A stretch of DNA of 64,000 bases from Eledone cirrhosa (GCA_964016885.1 OZ024747.1:83948001-84012000), one strand, 5' to 3'; counted from the first letter of the stretch, positions 1-13,029 are shown. Notes: generated from the sequence alone by a model not told the origin. Numbers and translations are program-made.

Positions 1-162
1 GGCCGGATTTAAACTTGGAATGTCTAGTGCCGGAACAAATACTGCGAAGTATTTGTTCGACTCTCTAACGAGTCTGTCAACCCATCGCTCTCACAACAAC
101 AACAATAACAATAGCAACAACGATAAGAGTTAGAGCTGCGGCAACTCTAACGAAAGACTTAC

Positions 163-271
163 TTGCAATTGAACAGCGAATGATTTCTGGTGACGTATTG
201 ATATCGATAGATGCAACTGACAGTGGTCATTGAAGCACTTTGGCTGCTTCATGATGTGGAAGCTTCTAAGT
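163..271 (-). pseudogene. Possible decayed exon of an EGF/lectin-like gene
   Basis: Minus-strand acceptor cttacttag| and strong donor CAA|gtaagt bracket 109 nt; weak similarity only; lies downstream of other candidate exons on the same strand. Confidence 0.25.
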
Positions 272-833
272 CTAAGTAAGTAATTGGTAGAGGAATTAAA
301 TTCTTCAGTATTTTTTGGGGGTCTCTGGACTCTAAAAAATATGGAACTCGGTTCTTTGCGCTCTGAGTTCAAATCCCGCCGTAAACTTTTTTAATCCTAT
401 TGAGGTCAATGAAATAGTAACAGCCCAGTTCTGATGTTGGCCTCTCTACTCTCAGCTGTCACACACTGAGTGTTCAACTGAAATAAAAGAGAGTAGATCA
501 AGAGGGTGCCTGTATCAGCTCGCGAGTACATAAATATCTAAAACCCTTATCGAAAACATGGTATATAATACCGAATCAAACTCGACGGCGAGAGGCGGCT
601 GTAGTTTATGGTGGAGATAATATTTTGTAAACATTCTAGCTGAGTAAATAAATTTTTGGTCTCGAGCCAACGAGAAAGCCTGTACGCAGAACTCGACCTG
701 TTGGAAATAGCAGCTAAATTTCCAAAATTCACATATCAACGTATATAAATAAAAGCAAGAACACTTTACAAAAAGATAACTCAGCCATAACTAGAACGCC
801 TTTGTTTATAAGTCATTGGATCAGCAGGAAATA

Positions 834-982
834 CCGTATTTCCCGACGCTACCTTTTCCCTAAAATAAGTCTAAAAAATCTACCATGCGTCCTGGAGGCC
901 GAAGGTTGTTTTCAAATTTTTGGTTGTCAAAATTAGGGTGTCGTTCTCGAGTACGAGGCGTCTTCAGTGCTGGGAAATACGG
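834..982. mobile_element. pogo/Tigger-like MITE
   Basis: Terminal inverted repeats ccgtatttccc...gggaaatacgg flanked by TA on both sides. Confidence 0.8.
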
Positions 983-1044
983 TAATTACTAAATTTCTTC
1001 AACTCACTGCTCCCAGATAATGTATTTCTAGATATAAAAACAAA

Positions 1045-1125
1045 CATAATAATCAGGTCAAGATCTGCCCACTTTGTGTTTGCCTGTGGGTAAACAGCAA
1101 GAACAACAGAAACATTTCTGTGGTC
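1045..1125 (-). pseudogene. Decayed EGF-like exon
   Basis: Translates PQKCFCCSCCLPTGKHKVGRS*PDYY, fitting the KCxC..C..TG.C...C..YFG spacing of MEGF-type repeats with a TGA at a Cys position. Confidence 0.35.
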
Positions 1126-1224
1126 ACTCTGTTGGATTCCACACTATACATATATATGCAAGAACGACAGTATTGGCTGTGGCAGTTTGGTTGTAGGTTT
1201 TGGCTGGTGGTAACTACAGTGGAA

Positions 1225-1533
1225 TGGTGACGAATCGGCAGAGTCGTTAGACCGTTGTATAAGACGCTATACAGTATTTATTCCGGCTTTCTGTGCACTG
1301 AGTTCAAAACCTGCCGAGGTCAACTTTGTTTTCTGTCCTTTTAAGGTTGACAAAAAGTACCAGTTTAGAATTGGGGTCGATTCTTTCTCTAAATCCCTTT
1401 CTGATTTCGTCTATCATTCTCCCCCTTCATCTCCTTCTTTGGAAGAAATCAGCTGTGTTCAGACCTGGAGAGGGAATGGGTTCTGCCAGGTTTAAGGTGC
1501 CCAAGATGCGACGGCATCCCTACGACTAACAGT
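1225..1533 (+). mobile_element. tRNA-derived SINE with RTE-like tail
   Basis: B box gagttcaaaacc, central ...gtcaacttt...aagtaccagt block, tail ggaagaaatcagctg...gccaggtttaaggtgcccaagatgcgacggc; related tails near 21735-22020, 34390-34670, 45565-45826, 54040-54230, 62960-63290. Confidence 0.7.
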
Positions 1534-1534
1534 A

Positions 1535-1852
1535 ATTGATCACTCAATTGGGAGAAGTAGCGACTCTGATCTCCGAGCTACGCACTCTATCGAGTAACGT
1601 TACTCCAGAGACCCTTTGGAGAAACCCAAATTTGTCGCTTGTATTCGAGAACGTATTCTTTCGTTCATCCCCTAAGGCCCGAGTAATAGAAGGCAGAAGA
1701 CTGAATTAAGTGCAAGAATTACAGGAGCTGGTGCAGGAATGCACCAGCTTCAGCATTCGGTCATCAAAAGATGGAAGTTAGGTTTAAAAGCCAAACTCGC
1801 TATCTTCAATTCGGTATTCGTGCCAACCTTTATCTATGGTCATGAATCTTGA
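1535..1852. mobile_element. RTE-clade (Expander-like) LINE fragment with internal inversion
   Basis: + 1682-1852: SNRRQKTELSARITGAGAGMHQLQHSVIKRWKLGLKAKLAIFNSVFVPTFIYGHES*; - 1680-1535 continues MNERIRSRIQAT.../RVSGVTLLDRVRSSEIR, the post-RT region typical of RTE elements. Confidence 0.75.
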
Positions 1853-2052
1853 ACTCCGAATTTTTAATATTATTTTATTAAATCTGCAATCTTGTATTAA
1901 AATAAATCCCCGGATATTGAAGAAATTTCAGATAAGATTCTAAATCAAAAGTCGCTTTGGGTAAGAAAAAAGGTTGGCTACATTCATGTTACATGGCATG
2001 TATTTTTGTTTCGATAATTTCGATTATTATTTTTATCATTATTATTATCATT

Positions 2053-2458
2053 AGGGCGGTGGATTGGCAGTATCGGTAGAGGGTCGGACGCCATGCTTTG
2101 CAGCATAGAGTTACGGTCCTTTACGGTCTGAGTTCAAATCCCGCCGAGGTTAACTTTGCCTTTTATCCTTACGAGGTCGATAAAATAAAGCACCAGTAAT
2201 GTACTGGGGTCGATTTAATGGACTTTACCGCCCCGCCAAATTACTGGCCTTGTGCCTATACTAGAAATCATCATTATTATTGGCAGTATCGGTAGAGGGT
2301 CGGACGCCATGCTTTCTAGCATAGTTACGTCCCTTTACGATCTGAGTTCAAATCCCGCCGAGGTTGACTTTGCCTTTTATCCTTACGGGGTCGATAAAAT
2401 AAAGTACCAGTAATGCACTGAGTAATTGCTGGCCTTGTGCCTAAAGTAGAAACAATTA
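2053..2458 (+). mobile_element. Two adjacent copies of the young tRNA-derived SINE (family 1)
   Basis: A box tggcagtatcgg, B box gagttcaaatcc, central ctttgcctttcatccttacggggtcgataaaataaagtaccagt (resembles the Meta-SINE domain as I recall it), tail ggccttgtgcc..agtagaaacaatta. Confidence 0.85.
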
Positions 2459-2684
2459 TTATTATCGTTGTTGTTTATTGTTGTTTTTAAAGCTAAAAAT
2501 GGCTCTTCAAATTGAAAAAGTTCCTCAACTTTGTAGCAGAGAAAGGGGATTGACAATACCACTGTCACGAGAAGAACACCAACAAAACAACTACTGCTGC
2601 CAATACTATACAAATTAGTGGGAAAACAACCAGCAATAGGCAACTATACCTGAGCCATTACATTGAATGGCGAAGAAATCTTAC

Positions 2685-2772
2685 CTGATACCAACATGGT
2701 AATATTAAACAGAAGCAGAACCAGAAATCCTATTTTCTGGGAATTGAAGATTTCGTAAACTTCAATATTACT
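2685..2772 (-). pseudogene. Signal-peptide-like exon
   Basis: SNIEVYEIFNSQKIGFLVLLLFNITMLVS then G|gtaaga (strong phase-1 donor); no in-frame ATG before the hydrophobic stretch. Confidence 0.4.
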
Positions 2773-3789
2773 CTATTAACATAAAGTCAGTTTATAAATG
2801 TATAGAATTGAGATGAAGAATTGTGTCAGACGCAAACCCAAGTAAGTAAACATAAAACAGAAAAAAATTATAAAAATCGAAATATCTAACCAATAAGAAA
2901 ACAGAGTTAATCTTAAGACACGCCACTATATCTTTTACTCATATGATAACCTGAAACACACAAGGTATCATTCATTTTAAATGCCAGTTAGCTACAATAC
3001 CTCAGGCCTCGTTTTTCGGTTTCCCATCATTTTTTTACCTTAATCTGCTTAAATCAGCGATCCCTAGCTTGTGTTTAGACTATCGACATCTTTGACCCCT
3101 CATTGACCAGGCATGTAAAAAGTTAAATAAGGAAGTAAATAAATCAATAAATAGAATATAAAGTAAATAGACAGTGAAGTCTAATTATATTTATGAGCAA
3201 GTTGTAATTTATAGTTTTATTTAAAAAGCAGAAGGACGTAGGTTGGAAGAGTCGTTAGAATGTCGGAGAAATACTTAGCAGCATTTGATCCGCCCCTTTT
3301 CGTTCTGATTTCAAATCAAGTCGAAGTCAACTTTGCCTTTCATCCTTCCGGAAGCAATAAAATAAAGTATTAGTCAAGTACTGGGGTCAATTTAATCGGC
3401 TTTCCTCTACCCCAAAAGTGCTGACCATGTCCTAAATTAGAAAGTAGTCGATTGGCAGAATTGTCAGAACTTTACACAGAGCAATAAATTAGTACCAGTA
3501 ATGTACTGGGGTTGATTTAATCTCCTTTCCGCAACCACCAAATTGCTGGCCCTGTTCTAAATTAGAAACTATTGTTAGAACTTTACACAAAATTCTATTT
3601 AGTATGTGTTCTGGTTCTGAATTCAAATTTCGCTAGGGCAACTTTATCTTTCATCTTTTGAGAGTCGTTAGATTAAAGCAACAGTCAAGTACTGAGTTCG
3701 TTATAATCGGTTTTCCCTTCGTTCAATCGAGCCCCTGGGTAATCCCATGAACCTCTGGAAGTCGAAATCAACTACATTAGGAATGCTCT

Positions 3790-3860
3790 TTATTCTGTTC
3801 AACCTCATAATTCATTCAGACAATTGCTGCTATACTAACACTCTACCAACACTTCTGGAA
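3790..3860 (-). pseudogene. Decayed EGF-like exon
   Basis: YSSNCLNEL*G*TE fits CSSNCLNELCx..TG with TAT and TGA at Cys positions. Confidence 0.35.
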
Positions 3861-5135
3861 ATGGTTTCCTCAATTAGTGTTTTTTTCCTTTGTCAAGGAT
3901 TACAATTGTAAAGAACTCTTTTTCTATACGCGTCGGACAATGAAATATTTATGAAATCTTCATGAATATATTTGTGTGCATAAATGTGTATGTATAAGTG
4001 TGTTTGTATGAATACGTGACTCTCTCTCTATATATATATAAATGTATGCATATATGTATATGTATGTATGCATGCACACAAGCATGCATTATATTTACAT
4101 ATATATATCTGTGTGTGTGTATTATCTGTGTGTGTGGGGGGTGAAGGGGGGGGGGGGGTAATGTGTGTGTGTGTGTGTCGTATTAATTTACTATATTCTT
4201 TTGGTTGCTGAAACTAATTCTCATAATAATTCTTCTATGAAATCTTCATAAATATTACATTTCTCATATTGTGTTAATATTGGAAACGGATAGTTTTCTT
4301 ACATTGATTAGTTTCCTTATTCTTTGAAGTAACTTCCGTTTTCAAATGAAAATTTATTTCGTTTATTCAAGAATATTCTCACCTCCATTTTTATGTCTTT
4401 ATAAGATTTATAGGCGGTGAAATGGCTGAATCGTTATTGAATCAGATTACGTCTCGGTATTTACCCTGGTTCTCTGCTCTCTGCTCTCAAATCTCGCCCG
4501 AGTAAACCTTCCCTCTTATCTTCACAGGGTTGATGAAAAGAAATACCAGTCCAGCGGCGGTGGATTGGAGGAATTGTTAAAGAGTTGAATGGGATGCGTT
4601 GCGGTATCTAATCCGGTTCTGTGCGGTTTGAGTTCAAATCCTCTCTTCTTCTGTCAGGATTTGCGACCAACAGATATTATTCATGCTTCGCTGCATAGAG
4701 TTGCGGAGGTAAGCTTTGCCTTTCATCCTTACGGGATCGATAAAATAAAGCACCAGTAATGCACTGGGTCGATTTAATCGACTTTTCCCACTCCCCTTCA
4801 AATTGCTGACCTTGTGCCTAAAGTAGAAACAATTATTAGCAATGGAAGGACTAATGGAAACATTGTTTGTTTGGTCCGATGTGACAATCACCTCCTTTCA
4901 TTCTATAAGATTGTGCGACGTACTATTGAAAGATATTTGTGATTTTTAAAATATTCATAATCCTGTTATAGAAGACTTGACCCACAGAAAAGTGAATAGA
5001 CAAAACAGCTAAAGTCAAACAAATGAACTCACAATTCTTCGTTAGGGAGTCATATGAAATATCCTGCATTCTGAGTTCAAATCCCGCCGAGTTCAACATT
5101 GTCCATTATATTTCCGCGTTCGATAAATAATGTAC

Positions 5136-5311
5136 CAGACCTGTCAACTCTCCCCTTCTGACGGGGAAATCTCTCACCCACTTTAGAGTGGGTGAGAGAT
5201 GTTTTCTCTTGGAAAAATAGGCATAGCTTTCATTATGTACAATCTCCCCATTTTGCCTCATTTCTTCTTTTTTCATGGTACTCCCAGAGTTTTTGGAGGT
5301 TGGCAGGTCTG
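5136..5311 (+). mobile_element. MITE with cagacctgYcaac TIRs
   Basis: TIR cagacctgtcaac/gttggcaggtctg; 6-bp duplication atgtac at 5130-5135 and 5312-5317; internal palindrome atctctcacccact...agtgggtgagagat. Confidence 0.85.
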
Positions 5312-6027
5312 ATGTACCCATCTGGAGTGGTGCATTGACGGAATCGATAGAACACCGGACTTGTGGTATTTCTAATGCCGTGGCCCACAACTTGGGTGAT
5401 AAATTTAATCAATCACTTGAGATAATTGTTTCTACTTTTGGCACAAGGCCAGCAATTATCCCAGTGTATTAGTGGTACTTTATTTTATCGACCCTGTAGG
5501 GATGAAAGGCCACCACCTTGCTGTTGTGAGACTTCAGTGTAGTTTTTTCAACCTGCTCTCCATTTTGAGGATACTTCTTTCTCCTGTCTCTCTCTCTTTT
5601 TAGCACTAGTCTAGGCGGCCTTGAATAGGGTCACGGACACTGCCCTTCTCTCATGACTAAAACACTGAAAACGAAACAAATCTGCAGGCAATATAATCTT
5701 CGACTACAGCAACGTTATGTTTAAAAGGTTGGCAACACCCTCCGGTGATTTACAGCGTGTCTAGGAAACAAAGCTGCCGTTGTTTCCCGAACAATATGAG
5801 AAGGATATAATGTAGTAATAATAATTTAAAAAAAATAATAAAGAAATAAAAATAATAATATTAATAATAACATATATATAATAGCTAAAATTCTTGAAGA
5901 ATCGGCTTTGATAACATTATTCAGTTTCGATAAGGATAATTGAGAACAACACAAACCAAAAGTTCGAATTTCCTTGTGTTATCAGGTTAAAGAAACGCAA
6001 CACAGATATATGAAGGAATATATATAT

Positions 6028-6110
<83 letters not shown>

Positions 6111-6111
6111 T

Positions 6112-6184
6112 GTGTGTCCAAAAAATGTATACATACTTTGAGTTATCTGTTGTTGAAGTGTGCATACATTTTGGGGACACCCTG
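6112..6184. mobile_element. Tc1/mariner-type MITE
   Basis: gtgtcc..aaaatgtatacatactt ... aagtgtgcatacattttggggacaccctg-TA; same family as 7146-7242. Confidence 0.65.
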
Positions 6185-6529
6185 TACATATATATATATT
6201 TATATATATATATATATATATATATGCATGTATGTATATTTACATATATGTGTGTATGTATGTAATTGTACATATATATGTACATATATATGTACATATA
6301 TATGTACATATATATATATATATGAAAGGAAAAAATTGAAAAGAAAGGAGGGGAAAAAGAAAAAAAAGACAAGCGAAGACTTTGTTGAGTTTAGATAAAC
6401 ACAGTTTAGGTTTAGTGTATGTCATGCTAACCTTTTAAAATATATGCTTCTCACTGATACAGTAAGGAAGCATGTTTACACCTCAAGGTTGAACGATGTT
6501 GTTTCAATATATAAAAGGGATGCCAGATC

Positions 6530-6595
6530 ATACATACACATATACACACATATATATACAAATATATATACACACACACACACACACATATATAC

Positions 6596-6640
<45 letters not shown>

Positions 6641-6723
6641 CATATATATATACACACACACACACATACATATATATATACATATATATATACACACACA
6701 CACACATATATACATATATATAT

Positions 6724-6785
<62 letters not shown>

Positions 6786-6787
6786 AT

Positions 6788-6875
<88 letters not shown>

Positions 6876-7101
6876 CCATACACACACATATATATATATA
6901 TACACACACACATATACATACACACACACACATATACATACACACACACACATATATATATATATCCATACACACATATATATATACATACACACACATA
7001 TATATATACACACACACACACATATATATATCCATACACACACATATATATACACATACACACACACACATATATATACACATACACACATACATATACA
7101 T

Positions 7102-7145
<44 letters not shown>
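6530..7145. repeat. Compound (CA)n/(TA)n microsatellite
   Basis: Direct inspection. Confidence 0.95.
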
Positions 7146-7150
<5 letters not shown>

Positions 7151-7242
7151 GTCCCACAAAAATGTATACATACTTTGATTATCTTTACAAGCAATATTTA
7201 TTAGAATGCTGTTGAAGTATGTAAACATTTTTGGGGAACACG
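7146..7242. mobile_element. Tc1/mariner-type MITE
   Basis: agggtgtcccacaaaatgtatacatactt ... aagtatgtaaacatttttggggaacac, embedded in TA repeats. Confidence 0.65.
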
Positions 7243-7278
<36 letters not shown>

Positions 7279-7334
7279 ATGTATATGTATGTGCGTATGT
7301 ATATATATATGTGTGTGTATGGATATATATATAT

Positions 7335-7367
<33 letters not shown>

Positions 7368-7467
7368 TAAGAGGTGCGTTGGTAACCCACTCTGTATGTA
7401 TACAGATATAGCTTTATGTATAATATACATAGTTATTCATATATATATTATGTATTTATAGTTATTC

Positions 7468-7508
<41 letters not shown>

Positions 7509-8499
7509 CAGTATATATATATGTGTGTGTGTGTGTTGAGGGGGTATATTATATGTATATTATCTATACATGTATATATTATATGCATATATGTTACGTA
7601 TACACATATATACATCTTCAGTTGAGTCATTGACTGACAAGCTGTCTAGTATATGGCAGTTGGCGATAGAAACGGCATCTTGTTGTAAAAAGCTTGCCAA
7701 AAGGGTCGGGAGGACTCTTTAGTTGTATTAGAGACATGACAACTTCCATGTAAAGTGGTTGGTGATGAGAAGAGCATCCAACCACAGAAAGCCAGTCAAA
7801 CAAAAACTGGGGAGAATTACCTTAGTATTGGTGTCACGATAAAATGCAGTCTCAGAGCAAGAGATCGTGTGAAGGGTTTCCGGCACACATGGAGGTTAGT
7901 GACTCGGCTTCAATACTGACCGGTGTGTGACAGCACGTCCAGCTCTTGCGGGCATGAAGAAAAAACGGACGTTAAACAATGATGATTATAGAATTCTTTC
8001 CAGCATTGGTACAAGGCCATTAATTTGGGGGAAATTGATTTTATCGTTCCCAGTACTTGACCAGTACTTTATTTCGTGAACCCGGGAAGAAAGTTGACCT
8101 CGAGGAAAGTCGATTAAATCGACCCCTGTGCGTTACTGGTACTTTATTTTATAAACCCCGTAAAAATTGAAAGGCAAAGTTAACCTCGGCACGATTTGAA
8201 CTCAGACCATAAAGGGCCAATACTATATGCCACAAAGCATGTTGTCCATCGTTCTACCGACATTGCCTTGTGCGTATATATATCTTAAATGCGAATCCCT
8301 CTCTGCCTCTCTGTGTGTTTGGAAAACACTTCTCGTGTTACTGATGATGATGTCAACCCTGAGAAATTACCTATCACGTGGTGTTATATTCAAACGAGAA
8401 ATATAATGGCATCGGTGCGAGTTCCTTTAATCCCCTTGACAAACATGTTCCTCACCTTTAGAAGAATTACACTACTCAGTCACCAATAATACACACACA

Positions 8500-8538
<39 letters not shown>

Positions 8539-8554
8539 TATAGATATATCAGGT

Positions 8555-8639
8555 GTCTCTTGATGAGTTCCAAGCCTCGTGGATAGATCCAGGATCGGGT
8601 ATATCCGCAGAAAAAGAAGAAACTACCGGTAGTCGAGAC
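8555..8639 (+). ncRNA. Type I hammerhead ribozyme fold (near-intact)
   Basis: Stem I gtctc/gagac, core TTGATGA, GAAA, palindromic stem III ACTACCGGTAGT, GTC site (cleavage after 8634); C3->U and C11.1 missing. Confidence 0.65.
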
Positions 8640-9199
8640 TAGAAGAATTTTGGTAAAGTTTATATGCATTTTTTCTTCAAACTTCTATTTTATACCTAAC
8701 TCCGTGTAGTTGATTATTTGTCAAGTCAATTTCTACGGGCTAAAAGGAATGACTAGGTAAATTTGATCTGGCTGTCCCTCCTGGAAGATAGTCTGTATCA
8801 TTTGTCTATTATTTCTTGATAGTTACATTTTAAATTTATAGCTTCGTTTAAATGATTATTTATGTGGTTGATTTATACGGACTAGGGAGAGGAAATACTG
8901 TATATATTTTATCTAATAATTCTTCAAACTTGCAATTTTATATATATATATATATATATATATTACTAATTATAGATATGTTTACGCGTGTAAGTATGCC
9001 ATCGAACATCTGTGTGTTATGTATATTATATACATCTGTGTGTGTGTGTGTGTGCACGTGCGTGCCTATGTGTGTGTGTGTATGTGTGTGTGTGTGCTAC
9101 TCTGTGTTTGCGTGTCAGAAGGTAATAAATCTTTTTTACGGAAATTCTTTTGATATTTCATTGGTTTAACAGTAAATGACAAGGAAAGGGAACTGAAAA

Positions 9200-9401
9200 T
9201 AAGAGAGAGAGAGTGTGTGTGTGTGTGTGAGTGAGAGAGAGTGTGTGTGAGTGTGTGTGTGTGAGTGTGAGAGAGAGAGAGCGCGTGTGTGTGTGTGTGT
9301 GAGTGAGTGTGTGTGAGTGTGTGAGTGTGAGAGGGAGAGAGAGTGTATGTGTGTGAGTGTTAGAGAGAGCGTGTGTGGGAGTGAGTGAGTGTGTGCGTGA
9401 G

Positions 9402-9465
<64 letters not shown>
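9200..9465. repeat. (GT)n/(GA)n microsatellite
   Basis: Direct inspection. Confidence 0.95.
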
Positions 9466-9466
<1 letters not shown>

Positions 9467-9576
9467 CAATTGCAGTGAGATAGACAGACAAAGAGGATAT
9501 GAAGAGACATAGAATGTATGTCTGGGAGGAGTGAAAAATATAAAATAAGCATGTGTAACTTGTGTGGAGCAATGTG

Positions 9577-9979
9577 CCGCATGAGATGTTGCGCATCACA
9601 AAGCGGACCGCATGAGATGTTGCGCATCACAAAGCGGGCCGCATGAGATGTTGCGCATCACAAAGCGGGCCGCATGAGATGTTGCGCATCACAAAGCGGG
9701 CCGCATGAGATGTTGCGCATCACAAAGCGGGCCGCATGAGATGTTGCGCATCACAAAGCGGACCGCATGAGATGTTGCGCATCACAAAGCGGGCCGCATG
9801 AGATGTTGCGCATCACAAAGCGGGCCGCATGAGATGTTGCGCATCACAAAGCGGGCCGCATGAGATGTTGCGCATCACAAAGCGGGCCGCATGAGATGTT
9901 GCGCATCACAAAGCGGGCCGCATGAGATGTTGCGCATCACAAAGCGGGCCGCATGAGATGTTGCGCATCACAAAGCGGG
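9577..9979 (+). repeat. 13 x 31-bp tandem minisatellite
   Basis: Unit ccgcatgagatgttgcgcatcacaaagcggg; units 1 and 6 end in A; followed by hAT-like end sequence cgagccgtagttggccg. Confidence 0.97.
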
Positions 9980-10699
9980 CCACAATACTCAAAAATTTTC
10001 ATAGCAAATTTTCGTTAGAGGTTCCATTCAGAAAACCAAACGAGCCGTAGTTGGCCGCAGATTGATGTAGAACATGTTTACTACAAAATAAATTCCCTGT
10101 TATCTAAACTATAATAAAGTAAGAAGCGCGGGACTGCGTACGGTTTATAATTTTTTATCCCCGTAGTAAAATAAGTTGGATTACTTTGAATAAATAATGA
10201 ATGAATATTATATAATTTATCTAATAAATTTCGTAGCTGTTCATTAAATATATTTTATTACTTATTTAAAGATTCACTTCTTTAAAATTTTCAAATGTCA
10301 ACACTTCCGGTTAGTGATCGTTTAAACAAATATTCATATATTTCTGTCACTAATTTTCTCCTAATGCAGTTTATATATAATATCGTTTTTTTTTAATGTA
10401 TCATGGATTACGTTAATGATTACATAAGACAGTGTAACACAGTCTTCGTTCAATTTCTGTGTATATTGTCAATTACGATTTTATTTGATTATATCTACAT
10501 GCATATATACTTGCGTATAATATCAATATACACACTACACATGCTAGCAGAAAACCACCCGAAGGGTGGTTTTTTTGCTAGTAAACATAATAATGAATGA
10601 CATATGACGAATCTCTCAACATACCAGTTTCTCTGGTTAGTTCTGCTGCACAAGAAACAGCTTTTAGACTCATTCTCTCTTATATACACATATATACAC

Positions 10700-10965
10700 C
10701 AGGCCCGAACACTGTCACTGCCTCCATCTCTCCCGCTCTCCCCATCTCTCACTATTGTGAGCAAATGGGGGTCTAACGCTAGCCGCCCTGTGGTCCCGGC
10801 GGACAGAATAGAGAAGGCGTTTCCCCGGAGGAAGGTGTGGGAGACGCGCCAGAAGAGCCATTCCGGCTCGTGAGGCTCACACCTGCTGGTAGCCAACTCT
10901 GTACCGATGGGGGTGAGCAGGGAGGTGGCTCTAGGGCCAAGGACACCAGAAGTCTCCACTGCCAA
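10700..10965 (-). mobile_element. CRE-like non-LTR retrotransposon 3' fragment (restriction-like endonuclease C-terminus)
   Basis: AVETSGVLGPRATSLLTPIGTELATSRCEPHEPEWLFWRVSHTFLRGNAFSILSAG matches the ETxG...QRlS.ai.RGNA signature. Confidence 0.75.
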
Positions 10966-11099
10966 AACATAATGATGCATAAAAGAGCGAAGGATAAACA
11001 GATAGGTCAGGGTGATTTCGTCCGCGGGGCGCAACTGAAATATAACGCCTAGAAAATGTCAGCTGCTCCCTCCCCTTACAATCATTATTTAATATTTAA

Positions 11100-11290
11100 A
11101 GGTGGTGGATTGGCAGTATCGGTAGAGGATCGGACGCCATGCTTAGCAGCATAGAGTTACATGCCTTTACGGTCTGAGTTCAAATCCCGCTGAGGTTAAC
11201 TTTGCCTTTCATCCTTATGGGGTCGATAAAATAAAGTACCAGTAATGCACTGGGATAATTGCTGGCCTTATTCCAAAAGTAGAAATAATT
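11100..11290 (+). mobile_element. SINE family 1
   Basis: Full-length copy with A/B boxes and tail as at 2053. Confidence 0.85.
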
Positions 11291-12371
11291 ATTTAATGAT
11301 TTTGTTCTTCTGCATTTATAAAAATCTATATTTTCAAGGATCTACAAACGATAAATATATTTCAATTCATTGAGACTACAGAAAGTTTTGACGACAGAAA
11401 TATTTAACTGTTGTTCGTCTGTTCTGTTTTCTCTTTTTTCCCCTTTGTTTATGTTTCTTATATATAAGAGATGTTAGATACCTTTCACAGTCTGTCATGG
11501 CTTACCAGCTTTATAGTTTTACCCTCGTTTACATGTTTAAGTCTAGACTTTATAGTTTTTGTACCCGACATTCTATCGACTCTGCCAATTCGTCACTTTA
11601 AATAAAACAAATGGAAAGAAAAAGAAAAGAATGGAAGATTGGGAGAGAGATTAAATCAAAGGATGAAAGAAGGAAAGACAAACAACGAAGGAAGTAAACA
11701 ACATAAAACAATAGGTTGTTGAACTGAGGGGAAAATAAAATATAAATGGACCCTCCCACCTTCCCCTAGAATAGTGGGCGAAGAAGAAGAAAAAGACAGG
11801 TAGGCAGGTATTCAGATAGAAATAGATGAATGAAGGAAAGAAAAGTATACATAAAATAAAGAAATGGATTACTGAATGTCAGAAAGAAAGACAAAGAATT
11901 ACAAGGAAAAAAAGAACAACCAAACACAAAGAATAAAGCCTCTCCACTACCACCACCACTGGTACTACCACCAGTACCACCACCACATACTGCAAAGGTA
12001 ACGTAAAAAAAGAAACAAGAAAGAAAACCAAAGAGAATGCAAAAGAAAAAAGAAATCCCATCCAAACTTCTTAGGATTTTTAAATCCTTTTGAAAATAAT
12101 CAAGAATTTGGTGGGCTTTAATAAAAACAAAAACAATAAACTTCGCGTTAAGCTGGTTGGCAGAATCGTTAGAGTGTCGGACAAAATACTTTGCTGTATT
12201 TGTCCCGGCTCTTCACATTCTGACTTCAAATCCTGCTGGTGTCAACTTGGTTTCTTATTCTTTCAGAGTCGATAAAATATTGTACTGTTCAGATTACTAA
12301 ATTAGAAACCTTTATTAAACTGGAGTTTGTAACATAAAGGTTCAAATATTAAATAGAGTATTTGCATATAT

Positions 12372-12450
12372 TAATGTATGTATGCTTATATATAATGTAT
12401 GTATGCTTATATATAATGTATGTATGCTTATATATAATGTATGTATGCTT
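12372..12450. repeat. 21-bp tandem repeat, ~4 copies
   Basis: taatgtatgtatgcttatata. Confidence 0.85.
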
Positions 12451-13029
12451 TCTCTATTCTGTTGACTGGGACAATGAGGCAGCATACGTCGGGAATTTTT
12501 GCCCATCGGAGTAACAGAGCAGAGCAACGAGGGAGGGGCACTGAAATGTTCTCGACTGGTTCGTGCTATTACCGTTGATCATTACATACACACATACAGT
12601 TTGTCAACTACACTATAAAAATACAAACAGCATCGTTAGTGTCGTAAATGTCATTGACCACAACGTATATAAGATTGTGTTGGAATTTTGTATCGTTTTT
12701 TTTTTTTATAAATTCAAACACTTTAAAACAAACAGCTTTGTGTTATAAAGCCAGTGGCACTCTACTCCTAGATATACAAAAAGACAGATTCAACTTAGCA
12801 GGTATGACTTTGATCATATGTTAGCAAGGCCAGAGCTGACCTCGGGCTAAACAACGATAACACCAATGAACTAATAAGGGAACCTCTACAGCACCCTCGA
12901 ACTTTCTAGAAATAACAACCAAGACAAATTCCTCAGAGAACACACCTTACCGTCCTACAAAATGACAGAATACACAAGACTATATATATATATCATATAG
13001 GCGGCGAACTGTATATTTTGAATTGAGGT

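Noticed and set aside
3747-3911. + strand small ORF MNLWKSKSTTLGMLFILFNLIIHSDNCC resembling a secreted peptide
   Set aside because: Only 54 aa, no recognisable family, and overlaps an EGF-like remnant on the - strand
5720-5795. RFX X-box-like motifs (gtgtctaggaaac, gttggcaac); also an ETS-like acttccgg near 10302
   Set aside because: Short motifs with no associated intact gene or other promoter evidence
9577-9979. CRISPR-like array of palindromic 31-bp repeats
   Set aside because: No spacers (units abut directly), no cas genes, eukaryotic context
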